Source: Parcubacteria group bacterium GW2011_GWC1_45_14 (GTDB lineage Bacteria; Patescibacteriota; Minisyncoccia; Moranbacterales; GWC2-37-73). From it: a stretch of DNA of 60,668 nt. The translations under genes were made by a program, and so were the position numbers. The notes below the pieces were generated by a model. That model worked only from the letters and a program-made list of their open reading frames with translations. It ran no database searches and was not told the origin of the DNA. The stretch spans positions 1-60,668 of the forward strand of contig LCKI01000002.1 in the NCBI GenBank assembly GCA_001001345.1, read 5' to 3'. This document shows, in pieces, positions 9,990-19,536 of this stretch (positions within the stretch are counted from its first letter, which is position 1; every line of letters begins with the position of its first letter).

Positions 9990-11402
9990 ATGCCCAAGAA
10001 AGTAGAAAAGGCCAAAGGTGTTGCCAAAAAGACAGCCAAATCGGCTTCCGCAGGAAAATCTTCCTCCAAGAAAGCGACCAAGAAGATTGAGAAAGTCGAG
10101 GAAGAAATCATGCTTCAGCCGCCGAGGGGAATGAGGGACTTACTTCCAGGGGAACAGCCATATTGGGCGCAGCTTCGAAGAGTCGCTTCCAAATTGGGAC
10201 ATGAATACGGATTCCAACGGATCGATACTCCCGTGGTTGAATATGCCAATCTTTATACCAGGTCCATCGGGGAAGGAACGGATATCGTCGACAAGGAAAT
10301 GTATACTTTCACGACCAGGGGAGGGGACAAGGTGGCGCTCCGTCCTGAATTTACGGCCGGACTTTGCCGGGCCTACATCCAGCACGGAATGAACGTGCTT
10401 CCCAAGCCGGTCAAGCTCTTTTCCATCGGGCCGGTTTATCGATATGACAGACCGCAGGAAGGAAGATACCGCGAGCACTGGCAGGCCAATTTCGACATCT
10501 TCGGAGAGCAGGACGCCGTTTTGGACGCCCAGGTAATCCAATTGGCGCACAGGGTGGTCACGAGTCTCGGGATCAAAAACGTGCAGTTCCAGATAAACAG
10601 CATCGGTTGCCCGAAATGCAGGAATGAATATCAGGACCTATTGGTGGCGTATCTCGAATCGAAAAAACAGAAACTTTGCCAAAACTGCAAGAAAAGATTG
10701 GAAACCAATCCTCTGCGAGTTTTGGATTGTAAGGAAGACAAGTGCATGCAGGTCGCGGCCAATGCCCCGCAATCGGTCGACCACCTTTGCAACGAATGCC
10801 ATGTGCATTTCAAGAGCCTCTTGGAATACCTCGACGAGCTTGATCTTCCATATGTCATCAATCCGCGATTGGTCAGGGGACTGAGTTATTATTCAAAGAC
10901 CGTTTTTGAAATCTGGTCCGGAGATGAGGAGGGCAAGAAGCATTCCCTGGGAGGCGGAGGAAGATATGATTATCTTGTCGAAACTCTCGGAGGGGAGCAT
11001 ACGCCAGCCATGGGATTCGGATTAGGATTGGACAGGTTGGTGGCGGAGATGAAGAGGGTTAAGGCGAAGACCTATGTCGAGCCGAAGCCGAAAGTCTTTT
11101 TGGCCCAACTTGGAGACCTCGCCAAAAAGAAAAGTCTCAAACTTTTTTCTGAGCTTCAGAAAAACGGCATTTTGGTAGCGGAAAGTTTCGGAAGGGGAAG
11201 CTTGAAATCCCAATTGCGCGTCGCCGACCGTCTAGGCGTGGAAGTGACTCTGATCGTGGGGCAAAAGGAAGCTTTGGATGAGACTGCGATAATGAAAGAC
11301 ATGGTAAGTGGAACGCAGGAGAACGTCTCGCACGAGAAGCTCGTCAACGCCGTAAAAAAGATCCTGAAGAACAACGTCGTTGTTTCCAATAACGTTTTAT
11401 AG
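9990..11402 (+). CDS. hisS: histidine--tRNA ligase
   Basis: PRGMRDLLPGE, class II motifs (YRYDRPQEGRYREHWQ, GGGGRYD) and a C-terminal anticodon-binding domain. The ATG at 10110 (MLQPPRGMRD, with gagga upstream) is an equally good start. Confidence 0.93.
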   Translation: MPKKVEKAKGVAKKTAKSASAGKSSSKKATKKIEKVEEEIMLQPPRGMRDLLPGEQPYWAQLRRVASKLGHEYGFQRIDTPVVEYANLYTRSIGEGTDIVDKEMYTFTTRGGDKVALRPEFTAGLCRAYIQHGMNVLPKPVKLFSIGPVYRYDRPQEGRYREHWQANFDIFGEQDAVLDAQVIQLAHRVVTSLGIKNVQFQINSIGCPKCRNEYQDLLVAYLESKKQKLCQNCKKRLETNPLRVLDCKEDKCMQVAANAPQSVDHLCNECHVHFKSLLEYLDELDLPYVINPRLVRGLSYYSKTVFEIWSGDEEGKKHSLGGGGRYDYLVETLGGEHTPAMGFGLGLDRLVAEMKRVKAKTYVEPKPKVFLAQLGDLAKKKSLKLFSELQKNGILVAESFGRGSLKSQLRVADRLGVEVTLIVGQKEALDETAIMKDMVSGTQENVSHEKLVNAVKKILKNNVVVSNNVL

Positions 11403-11548
11403 GTAGGAGCTATGCGTTTGACTTTTTTCCGGTAAATATATATTTTTTTGCTTGTCTTTCTCTCCTGGATCGGCCGGCAGTGCGCAAAAAACAATATTTG
11501 CCGGAAATTCCAGAAAGTAAAACACATAAATCCTGACAGGGAATATTT

Positions 11549-11899
11549 ATGGAAGAGTGCATTTTTTGTAAAATCGCAAAAAAAGAGATCAATGCCGAAG
11601 CCTTGTTTGAGGACGATGACATTATTGCTTTCCGCGACATCAAGCCTATCGCGCCTATCCATGTACTCTTGATTCCCAAGCGGCATATTGGATCCGTCGC
11701 TGAAATTTCCGAGGACGATGCGCTGCTTATGGGCAAGCTCATCTTCCAGGCCAAGCGATTGGCCAGGGAATTGGGAACCGAAGAAGGGGGATACAAGCTG
11801 CTTTTTCGGGTCGGAAGCGATGGCGGTCAGGAAGTTCCTCACATCCACCTGCACCTTATCGGCGGAGCTCCTCTTTTTGAGGAAATCCGCCCGATATAG
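11549..11899 (+). CDS. HIT-family nucleotide hydrolase
   Basis: CIFCKI...PIAPIHVLLIPKRH...HIHLHLIGG, the histidine triad. Confidence 0.9.
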   Translation: MEECIFCKIAKKEINAEALFEDDDIIAFRDIKPIAPIHVLLIPKRHIGSVAEISEDDALLMGKLIFQAKRLARELGTEEGGYKLLFRVGSDGGQEVPHIHLHLIGGAPLFEEIRPI

Positions 11900-12012
11900 T
11901 CCAAAATGGGCTGGGAGGTAGCCGGGGGTTGATATATTTTTGAAATGTGGTAGATTATATAAATCCCGATTTAATAAGATAACGGGGCAGAACAAATGAA
12001 AGGAGGTACATC

Positions 12013-12267
12013 ATGATAGAAGTAAAAAAGAAGCCAAAAGAGACGGCGGAGAGCCTGATCAGGAGATTTTCACGGCGCGTTCAACAGAGCGCTACTTTGG
12101 TGCAGGCCAGAAGGAACCGCTTCAGAAGGGACGAGAAAAGCAAGACTGAGAAGCGCCAGGAAGCCATATACAAAGTGAAAATCAGGAAAGAAATCGACAA
12201 ATTGAAGAAACTTGGAAAATTCGACGACGAAGCGCTGCGCAATATCAAGCGCAAGATGAACGCCTAG
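12013..12267 (+). CDS. rpsU: 30S ribosomal protein S21
   Basis: ESLIRRFSRRVQQSATLVQARRNRFRRDEKSKTEKR matches the S21 pattern. An aggagg SD lies 6 nt upstream. Confidence 0.8.
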   Translation: MIEVKKKPKETAESLIRRFSRRVQQSATLVQARRNRFRRDEKSKTEKRQEAIYKVKIRKEIDKLKKLGKFDDEALRNIKRKMNA

Positions 12268-12364
12268 GAAAAGGATTGTCTGCAAATTGGATGCTAATCG
12301 GTAAGTTGCGAAAAGCGATGAAGCTGGTTAGCATTTATTTGTAAATAATTAATCTTCAAACGTT

Positions 12365-12826
12365 ATGACACTTCGTGAAAAAATCACCAGCGATCTCAAG
12401 GGGGCCATGAAAGCAGGAGACTCTTTCAAGCGCGACACCTTGCGCCTGCTCGACAGCGCCATCAAGAACGGCGAGATAGAGAAAAAGAAAAGGGAAGAAG
12501 GACTTAATGACGAAGAGGTTTTGGAGGTTATCGCGCGCGCAGTCAAGCAAAGACAGGACAGCGTTTCCCAGTTCGAAAAAGGAGGGCGACCGGAATTGGC
12601 CGAACAGGAAAAAAGGGAGATTGAAATCCTTTCAGTCTATTTGCCTGAGCAGTTGAGCAAGGAAGAGGTACAAGCCGTCGTGCGCGAAGTCATCGCGCTC
12701 TCGGGAGATGTCAGCGCGGCTGATTTCGGCAAGGTCATGGGTCAGGCGATGGCCAGGCTCAAAGGTCAGGCTGACGGCAACGTCGTCAAAGACGCGGTGA
12801 AGGAGGAATTGGAGAAGGCAAAATAA
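12365..12826 (+). CDS. GatB/YqeY-domain protein
   Basis: MTLREKITSDLKGAMKAGD..KRDTLRLL...EIEILSVYLPEQLS...DFGKVMG. Confidence 0.85.
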   Translation: MTLREKITSDLKGAMKAGDSFKRDTLRLLDSAIKNGEIEKKKREEGLNDEEVLEVIARAVKQRQDSVSQFEKGGRPELAEQEKREIEILSVYLPEQLSKEEVQAVVREVIALSGDVSAADFGKVMGQAMARLKGQADGNVVKDAVKEELEKAK

Positions 12827-12831
12827 TCGAA

Positions 12832-13290
12832 ATGCGGATGCGCGAACTTTCCATAGAAATAAATAATCTTGCCGGCCTGGAATTCGAAGAATCTTTTTTC
12901 GAAAAGGTGGCAGAGGATACGTTGAAATCAAGCGGAGTTGATTGCTTGAAGGAGAAGGAGATATCCATCAGTGTTGCTCTCGTTTCCGAGGAGGAGATAA
13001 GCGGCATAAATAAGCGATATAGGCAAAAGGATTGTCCGACGGACGTTTTGTCTTTTTCAGAATATGCAAAAATTGAAGAGTTGTGCGATAATGGGAGCGA
13101 AGAGGTTTTTCTGGGAGAAATCATAATTTGCCCGGACTACCTTGAAAAGTCAGCCAAGCAGCAAGGAGTTACCTTTGAGTTCGAGTTGGCTTATATCTTT
13201 TCCCACGGCATTTTGCATCTTTTAGATTTTTCACACGGGGAAGAGATGTTTTCATTGCAGGAAAGAGTCGCTAAAAAAATATCTAAATAA
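12832..13290 (+). CDS. ybeY: rRNA maturation RNase YbeY
   Basis: PTDVLSF...GEIIICP...SHGILHLLDFSH, the Zn-binding H-x-x-x-H-x-x-x-x-x-H motif. Confidence 0.88.
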   Translation: MRMRELSIEINNLAGLEFEESFFEKVAEDTLKSSGVDCLKEKEISISVALVSEEEISGINKRYRQKDCPTDVLSFSEYAKIEELCDNGSEEVFLGEIIICPDYLEKSAKQQGVTFEFELAYIFSHGILHLLDFSHGEEMFSLQERVAKKISK

Positions 13291-13300
13291 AAAACATATT

Positions 13301-13675
13301 ATGGTTGATGATGTGAAAAAATTCAGCAGGAGTTTGTCGCATGCTTTCGACGGGCTTTCCTATGCGCTTAAACGCGAGCGGAATTTCCAAATAGAACTCG
13401 TTTGCGGAGTTTTCGTTTTAGCTCTGATACTTATCTTCAAGGTGAAGAATTGGGAAGCCGTCGTTTTGATAGTGATGGTTGCCGGAGTCCTTATTATGGA
13501 GCTGGCCAACACGGTTATGGAAAGGATCGTGGACATGCTTAAGCCCAAGGTGCACCCTTACGCAAGACTCATCAAAGACATTATGGCTGCCGCCGTCCTT
13601 ATTTCCTCCTGTGTGGCAGCGCTTGTCGGCGTGATAATTTTCTATCCCTACATGAGGGAATTGCTAGGTCTGTAA
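13301..13675 (+). CDS. dgkA: diacylglycerol/undecaprenol kinase family membrane protein
   Basis: Three TM segments; ERNFQIEL and MELANTVMERIVD resemble the prokaryotic DAGK signature. Confidence 0.8.
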   Translation: MVDDVKKFSRSLSHAFDGLSYALKRERNFQIELVCGVFVLALILIFKVKNWEAVVLIVMVAGVLIMELANTVMERIVDMLKPKVHPYARLIKDIMAAAVLISSCVAALVGVIIFYPYMRELLGL

Positions 13676-13681
13676 TTTTTT

Positions 13682-13713
13682 TATCCCCAGGATCCTTCTT
13701 GGGGATTTGTTTT
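13682..13713 (+). terminator. intrinsic terminator after dgkA
   Basis: Stem atcccca/tggggat, then ttgttttg. Confidence 0.55.
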
Positions 13714-13826
13714 GTCCAAAAAGCTCACTTAGTGTATAATATGGGAAACGGAGAATCCAAAAGAAACAACAAAAACAAACATTAAATGTTAATTCAAATG
13801 GGCGAAACTTCGCTCAGTTTCGGTTT

Positions 13827-15089
13827 ATGTCAAGAAATAACGTAATAGCTGGAATAGATATAGGTTCGTCGAGCGTACGGACCGTGATCGCGCAGGAGAT
13901 GCGTGGCGAGGAGAGCCTTCGCATTGTCGGTGTCGGCATCGTTTCTTCATCAGGAATAAGAAGGGGAGCTATCATAGATATAGACGAGGCCGCCAAGGCG
14001 ATAAATGAATCCGTGGCGTTGGCGGAAAGGATGTCGGGGAGTGAAATCAGGAAAGCTTTTGTCAGTATCGGTGGAAACGACATATCGCTGGAGAATTCCA
14101 AGGGCGTCGTTGCGATCGGCAGGGCTGACGGGGAAGTCGGGGAAGATGACATCAATCGCGTCATTACCGAGGCCCAAGCCATCCCTCTTCCGATGAACAA
14201 GGACATCTTGCATATAATTCCGAAAAAATACAGATTGGATGACCAGGATAATATAAAAAATCCTCTCGGGATGAGGGGCGTGAGATTGGAAGTGGAGGCT
14301 TTGGTAGTGGAAAGCAGCGCCGCACATGTGAAAAATCTTACCAAAAGCCTTTATCAGGCCGGAGTTGAGATAGAAGACATAGCGCTGGAGCCGTTGGCGA
14401 GCGCGAAATCCATTTTGACGAAAAAACAGAAAGAGCTCGGGGTGGTATTGGTCAATATCGGCGGCGGCACGACCTCTTTGGCGGTTTTTGAGGAAGGTGA
14501 GATTTTGCACACCGCTATTTTGCCGGTCGGGGCGGGGCACATCACGAACGACATCGCCATAGGCCTGCGGACTTCAATCGAGGTGGCCGAAAGGATAAAG
14601 CTCGAATATGGGACGGCTCTCTCGAGGGAAGTTAACCACAAGGAGGAGATAGATATTTCAAGATTCGATTCACAGGAAGAAGGCTATGTTTCCAGGTATC
14701 ACGTGTCAGAGATAATAGAGGCGCGCATGGGCGAGATTTTGGAAATGGTACAGAATGAATTGAAAAAAATAGGCAAGGCTGGGCTTTTGCCGGCCGGAGC
14801 TGTCTTGGTCGGAGGAGGGGCGAAGCTCCCAGCTGTTAACGAATTAGCTAAAGAGATTTTGAAGTTGCCAATCCAAACAGGTTTCCCGAACGGTTTTACT
14901 GGTGTATTGGATAAAGTGGACGATCCGTCTTTTGCGACCGCTGCCGGATTGCTTCTTTGGTCTCGGGATCATTATATGGGAGGAAATTCGGCGATGGGAG
15001 GCGGAGACAACGTGCTCGGACCTATTTTTGAAGGAGCTGGACATACGGTTGAGAAGGTACGCGGCTGGATAGGGAAATTTTTGCCTTAA
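13827..15089 (+). CDS. ftsA: cell division protein FtsA
   Basis: IAGIDIGSSSVRTVIA and VNIGGGTTSLAVF (actin-fold phosphate motifs). It lies immediately upstream of ftsZ. Confidence 0.93.
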   Translation: MSRNNVIAGIDIGSSSVRTVIAQEMRGEESLRIVGVGIVSSSGIRRGAIIDIDEAAKAINESVALAERMSGSEIRKAFVSIGGNDISLENSKGVVAIGRADGEVGEDDINRVITEAQAIPLPMNKDILHIIPKKYRLDDQDNIKNPLGMRGVRLEVEALVVESSAAHVKNLTKSLYQAGVEIEDIALEPLASAKSILTKKQKELGVVLVNIGGGTTSLAVFEEGEILHTAILPVGAGHITNDIAIGLRTSIEVAERIKLEYGTALSREVNHKEEIDISRFDSQEEGYVSRYHVSEIIEARMGEILEMVQNELKKIGKAGLLPAGAVLVGGGAKLPAVNELAKEILKLPIQTGFPNGFTGVLDKVDDPSFATAAGLLLWSRDHYMGGNSAMGGGDNVLGPIFEGAGHTVEKVRGWIGKFLP

Positions 15090-15128
15090 AAGGCTCAATA
15101 AAAACAAAAACAAACAAAAAACAAATTC

Positions 15129-15158
15129 TTGACACGAAGGTCTCCGGTATGCTAAATT
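15129..15158 (+). promoter_or_regulatory. sigma70-type promoter in front of ftsZ
   Basis: TTGACA (15129-15134), an 18-nt spacer ending in TGc, then TAAATT (15153-15158). Confidence 0.45.
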
Positions 15159-15268
15159 TAGATACTAAGTGGACTTTGTGGGCTTTAAAATGGCAAAAAA
15201 TAAGAATAATTTTTTATAAATAACTGATCGTTGTCCCCATTCCATGGCCAATCGATTACGGAAAAAGT

Positions 15269-16525
15269 ATGGCGGAAATAAAACCAGATATAGAAACATT
15301 TGCAAGGATAAAGGTTGTCGGTGTGGGAGGATCTGGAAATAACGCGATCAGTAGGATGATCGACTCCAAAATAAAAGGAGTTGAATTTGTCACCATCAAT
15401 ACCGATGCGCAGGCGCTCCATCATTCCAAAGCCCAGGAAAAAGTGCATATCGGAAAAAATCTTACCAAGGGACTCGGAGCAGGAATGAATCCGGAAATCG
15501 GAAGGCAGGCCGCGGAAGAAAACAGGGATGAAATTCAGGAAGTTCTCAAAGGAGCGGACATGGTTTTCGTGACTTGTGGGCTCGGTGGAGGAACCGGTTC
15601 CGGTGCCGCTCCGGTAGTGGCTGAAACCGCCAAGGAACTCGGAGCGTTGACCGTCGCCGTCGTGACCAAACCTTTCGCTTTCGAAGGCGCGCAGAGAAGG
15701 CAGATCGGAGAAGAAGCTCTGCAGAACCTCAAAGACAGAGTGGACACTTTGATTACGATTCCAAATGACAAATTACTTTCGATCATAGACAGAAAGACCA
15801 CGCTCATAAACGCCTTCAGGATAGTCGACGACGTCCTAAGACAGGGCGTGCAGGGAATTTCAGACCTCATCACCAAGCCGGGAATAGTAAATGTCGACTT
15901 TGCCGACGTGCGAGCGATCATGCATGACAGCGGATCGGCACTTATGGGAATCGGAGTTTCCAGTGGAGACAACAGGGCCGCCGAGGCCGCCAAGGCCGCC
16001 ATTAACAGCCCCTTATTGGAGCTTTCGGTGGATGGGGCCAAGGGCGTGCTTTTCAATATCTCCGGTTCAAGCGACCTCACGATGTTGGAAATAAACGAAG
16101 CTGCCAATATCATCACGGAAAGCATCGATCCTAACGCCAAGGTCATCTTCGGAGCGGTGGTCGATGACCAAGTGAAAAAAGGCGAAATACATATCACCGT
16201 CGTGGCGACAGGATTCGATCCAGACAAGGAGAAAGTGAATCCCTTGATCGGAAGGGTTCCGATAAACAGGACCGTCACCGTGGAGGAAAAAATGAAAGAG
16301 GAGGAGGACATCGAAGAGGAGAAGGAAATCAGGGTCGAGAAGGAGGAACTGCCTGAGCTGAAAGAGAGGATAACTTTCCCTTCCAGGAAAGTGGAAACCA
16401 AGATGATCATCGAGGAAAAGATCCAACCGAAACCTATTTCCCAGCAGAGAATCGAGAAGGAAGAGGTGGAGGATGAAGACGAATTGGAAATCCCGGCTTT
16501 TATCAGAAGGAAAATGGAGAAATAA
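15269..16525 (+). CDS. ftsZ: cell division protein FtsZ
   Basis: GVGGSGNNA, the tubulin signature [11 protein letters not shown], an acidic linker, and the conserved C-terminal peptide [10 protein letters not shown]. Confidence 0.97.
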   Translation: MAEIKPDIETFARIKVVGVGGSGNNAISRMIDSKIKGVEFVTINTDAQALHHSKAQEKVHIGKNLTKGLGAGMNPEIGRQAAEENRDEIQEVLKGADMVFVTCGLGGGTGSGAAPVVAETAKELGALTVAVVTKPFAFEGAQRRQIGEEALQNLKDRVDTLITIPNDKLLSIIDRKTTLINAFRIVDDVLRQGVQGISDLITKPGIVNVDFADVRAIMHDSGSALMGIGVSSGDNRAAEAAKAAINSPLLELSVDGAKGVLFNISGSSDLTMLEINEAANIITESIDPNAKVIFGAVVDDQVKKGEIHITVVATGFDPDKEKVNPLIGRVPINRTVTVEEKMKEEEDIEEEKEIRVEKEELPELKERITFPSRKVETKMIIEEKIQPKPISQQRIEKEEVEDEDELEIPAFIRRKMEK

Positions 16526-16556
16526 AAAATATCGCCTTCGGGCGATATTTTTATTT
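16526..16556 (+). terminator. intrinsic terminator after ftsZ
   Basis: aaaatatcgcc-ttcg-ggcgatatttt, followed by a T-rich run. Confidence 0.75.
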
Positions 16557-16710
16557 CCAGTCAAGGGCCCGTCAAGTTTATAAAGTTCGTAAAGCAAGGG
16601 CTTTTTATGGAAACACGGGAGAGATTCCGGGTTTTCTTTTTATGTTACGCTCTTTGTATCCGATTGGATTTGTGGTAAAATTCATAGCGTAAGCAATCTA
16701 AAATAAAAAA

Positions 16711-17442
16711 ATGCAGAAAAAAACAAAAATCATCATTCTGGCTGTTTTGGTGTCGGTCGCGATAGTCTCCGCCGCGGGAATATATTACGAATCAAAATCT
16801 TCAAGGGAGACGGGGAATGTTTCCGATAATGTTCCAAGCGAAAAAGAAAAAATTCTTAGCTCGGATGATGAGATCGGGTTTCAGGAACAGGTGGCTGAAA
16901 TTATAAAAACTAAAGATTTTTCCCATTGCGAAAAAATAAGCAACGATACCTATAGAAAAGTTTGTGTGAATAATATAGCCCTTGATTTGGCTCAAGAAAA
17001 AGGGGATGTTTCATATTGCGCCGAATTGGACGGGAATATGGTTTCGGTTTCCGAATGCGAAAGGGGAATCGTGTTGGCTAAATCAGCTTCGGAGGAAAAC
17101 ATGGAAATTTGCAAACAAGCCACCACGAAAGAGGTTGCAAGCGAGTGCGAAAGCGGATTTTACCAGGCAGTTTCGCTTAAAAAAGAGGATAAGGGATATT
17201 GTGATAATATAGGGGACCAAAAGGCCACGGATGAGTGTTATGACAATTTTGTTTTTTCAATGGAATTCATGAAGGATATTAAAAATTTCAAATGTTCGTC
17301 CTTCAGGAATCAGGACTTGGCAAATGATTGCTTGGCATATAAAAACATGAAATCAGATCAAGAACCGGATTGCTCCGGTTATAAATCTTCGCAATATATG
17401 GATCTTTGTCTAATGCGAATCTATAATTATTTTTCTAAATAA
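16711..17442 (+). CDS. membrane-anchored protein with six CX11-13C repeats (unknown function)
   Basis: N-terminal TM IIILAVLVSVAIVSAAGIY, then repeats such as HCEKISNDTYRKVC, YCAELDGNMVSVSEC, ICKQATTKEVASEC, YCDNIGDQKATDEC. Confidence 0.6.
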   Translation: MQKKTKIIILAVLVSVAIVSAAGIYYESKSSRETGNVSDNVPSEKEKILSSDDEIGFQEQVAEIIKTKDFSHCEKISNDTYRKVCVNNIALDLAQEKGDVSYCAELDGNMVSVSECERGIVLAKSASEENMEICKQATTKEVASECESGFYQAVSLKKEDKGYCDNIGDQKATDECYDNFVFSMEFMKDIKNFKCSSFRNQDLANDCLAYKNMKSDQEPDCSGYKSSQYMDLCLMRIYNYFSK

Positions 17443-17464
17443 AAATTTTTAACCAAATTTGCTT

Positions 17465-19162
17465 ATGAATAAAATAAGGGTATTTGCATTCCTCCTCATT
17501 ATCGTCAGCGGTGTGCTTGTTTTTAATAAAGGTGCCAAGGCGGCTTTCGGCGATGTTTTTTGGGACAGGAGCATTGGTTCTTCCGGAATAGTTCAGGACA
17601 TGCAGGTTTACAATGGTTATGTCTATGTGTTAGGGGGAGATAATGCTGGAAATTGGTTTGTAAAGAAGATAAATAGTCAGACTGGAACGGTTGAGTTGAC
17701 CAAAAATATTGCAAATGTGGGAAATATATATACGTATGAAGGTGTTAATAATTATCGCTTTCCACATTCACTTTTTGTTGACGGTAACGGTGTGTATTTT
17801 TCCGGAAACATAGGCGGCGGATCTCTTATGGTCGGGAAGCTTAGTCATAGCGGGCTTTCTACTTTGTGGACGAAAACAGTTTCTGGATCTTATAATGCCG
17901 GTTCAATAAAGGTATCTGGCGGGCTAGTATATCTTTTTTATAAACAGACATTCGCAAACTATACCAGTAACCTCGGATACATGACTATAAGCGATGCGAC
18001 GCAGGCTGTTTCTGCTGGCACGGTTTTCAGTACAATAGGAAACAACAATAATAATTTTTTATGGAAGGAAGCCGATTCGGATGGGGTGTTTGTCTCATAT
18101 TATGAGAGCTACTCTGGTGGCACTAACGCCCTTGTCCAATGTTTTAAAAAAATCACGCCTGGAGGTTGGCTGAAATGTGATTATCCATACCCTTTTAAAA
18201 AAGAACCGGGTAGGATAGTGGCTACCAATACAAGCTTCCCAAGACAATTTGCAGCGCTTGATAGCTCCACGGGGAATGAAATCGTAAGTGAGGTAAGGAT
18301 CTTGCCGGGAGGGTTTTATCCTCAGGTTATGGATAATGGGAATAATCTGTTTTCTGCTGTAGCGCCATGCACGGATTATATATGCGATAGTATAAATCTT
18401 AAAATGGTTGATCTTGCGAATCCTTCTACTTTAAAAAATTCAATAAGTATTCCGTCTATTACGTATTTTGATGATTATTTGCATTACAATGTGGATTTTA
18501 TTGACAATGATGGATTATATTTTCTGATGGGAAATTTTAACGAGGGAGGGCATCTCTATAAGCTGGATGTTTATGATGACAACGCGAACTGTACCGCTAC
18601 TCCGGTTTCATCTCCTAAAAATGCAAGCTCTTCTTTTTCGGCAACAATAACATGTACCAACACTGGAAGCACGACTTGGGACGCTGCGCAGGGATACAGA
18701 TTGGGATCTCAAAATCTCGCAAATAATATTATCTGGGGAGTAAGCTCTATAAATTTTCCCGTAGGAACGACGACTGTCATCCCTGGTCAGCAGGTGATTT
18801 TCACTGGCAATTTCACCGCCCCGTCAATTGCCGGAACTTACAATTACCAATGGCAGATGACTAAAGGCGCGACCTTCTTTGGAGCGATGACGGAGCTGCA
18901 GTCCATCTTGGTCCAAAGTTGTTTATATTCAAACCATATCTGCTATAAATCTTCCAGCATAGATTGCGGACTTGCTTCCAAATGCGGGCAGACCGGAACC
19001 GAGACTGCGGCCTGCTTGGCCTTTAACAGTTGCACTGGTGCGACCGAGTCCAGGCCACTTTCCGAATGCGGAGCAAGCTGCGTGTCCGGCTCCGCGGTGC
19101 AGTGCCCTATATGTTCATCGGGAGGTTTCGGAACTGGCGAGTGGAGGGAAGTGACGCCGTAA
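17465..19162 (+). CDS. secreted protein with a possible NBR1/FW-like Ig domain and a Cys-rich tail (unknown function)
   Basis: Signal peptide MNKIRVFAFLLIIVSGVLVFNKGAKA. The segment CTATPVS...ATITCTNTGSTTWDAAQGYRLGS...AGTYNYQWQM resembles the NBR1-like domain. The tail contains 10+ Cys. Confidence 0.6.
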   Translation: MNKIRVFAFLLIIVSGVLVFNKGAKAAFGDVFWDRSIGSSGIVQDMQVYNGYVYVLGGDNAGNWFVKKINSQTGTVELTKNIANVGNIYTYEGVNNYRFPHSLFVDGNGVYFSGNIGGGSLMVGKLSHSGLSTLWTKTVSGSYNAGSIKVSGGLVYLFYKQTFANYTSNLGYMTISDATQAVSAGTVFSTIGNNNNNFLWKEADSDGVFVSYYESYSGGTNALVQCFKKITPGGWLKCDYPYPFKKEPGRIVATNTSFPRQFAALDSSTGNEIVSEVRILPGGFYPQVMDNGNNLFSAVAPCTDYICDSINLKMVDLANPSTLKNSISIPSITYFDDYLHYNVDFIDNDGLYFLMGNFNEGGHLYKLDVYDDNANCTATPVSSPKNASSSFSATITCTNTGSTTWDAAQGYRLGSQNLANNIIWGVSSINFPVGTTTVIPGQQVIFTGNFTAPSIAGTYNYQWQMTKGATFFGAMTELQSILVQSCLYSNHICYKSSSIDCGLASKCGQTGTETAACLAFNSCTGATESRPLSECGASCVSGSAVQCPICSSGGFGTGEWREVTP

Positions 19163-19197
19163 ACCTATTTATCTCATATTGTTTGAAGTTTGCAATA

Positions 19198-19224
19198 AAA
19201 CCCTGGAGAAATCCCGGGTTTTTT
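19198..19224 (+). terminator. intrinsic terminator
   Basis: aaaccctgg-agaaat-cccgggttt plus a T run. Confidence 0.65.
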
Positions 19225-19245
19225 AATGTCAATGATGATGCTGTG

Positions 19246-19283
19246 CAGCGTGGAAAATTTTTATAAAAATTTTCTTTACGCTG
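19246..19283. promoter_or_regulatory. 38-nt near-perfect palindrome upstream of the nrd promoter
   Basis: cagcgt-g-gaaaatttttataaaaattttc-ttt-acgctg. The core at 19253-19274 is a perfect 22-nt palindrome. Confidence 0.4.
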
Positions 19284-19318
19284 TGGATAACTCCTTTTTT
19301 TGGCTTGATCTCGACCAT

Positions 19319-19346
19319 TTGCGCTGTATTTGTCTTGTGGTATAAT
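19319..19346 (+). promoter_or_regulatory. extended -10 promoter of the nrdR-nrdD-nrdG operon
   Basis: TGgTATAAT (19338-19346) with a weak -35, ttgcgc (19319-19324). Confidence 0.5.
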
Positions 19347-19357
19347 GTACTCACGGT

Positions 19358-19373
19358 ACACAAGATATAGTGT
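19358..19373 (+). promoter_or_regulatory. NrdR box
   Basis: acacaagatatagtgt compared with the published NrdR-box consensus acaCwAtATaTwGtgt. It lies 12 nt downstream of the -10 hexamer. Confidence 0.6.
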
Positions 19374-19536
19374 AAAAGTATAAAAATCTTACTAAAACAC
19401 GAAAATCGAGAGTATCAAAATCAAAATGTTGTCAAGTTGTTTTCATAAAAACAAATAAACACGAGAACATGAAAACAAAAAGGCATAAATAAATTTGTTT
19501 TAATGCTAATTTGCTTTAATGTTTTAATGAAAAAAT

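Noticed and set aside
9990-10109. Lys-rich 40-aa N-terminal extension of HisRS as a genuine feature.
   Set aside because: An internal ATG at 10110, preceded by gaggaag, yields the canonical HisRS N-terminus MLQPPRGMRDLLP. The extension may therefore be an artefact of the longest-ORF call, so I did not count it as evidence for the Lys-tail observation.
11156-11995. 279-aa minus-strand ORF covering the hisS 3' end, the spacer and the HIT gene.
   Set aside because: It overlaps two well-supported plus-strand genes (HisRS anticodon domain and the HIT triad HIHLHLIGG) and has no motifs of its own, so it is a shadow ORF.
19327-19348. A second NrdR box about 31 bp upstream of the good box.
   Set aside because: The sequence tcttgtggtataatgt matches only the 3' half of the consensus and is better explained as the extended -10 promoter element.
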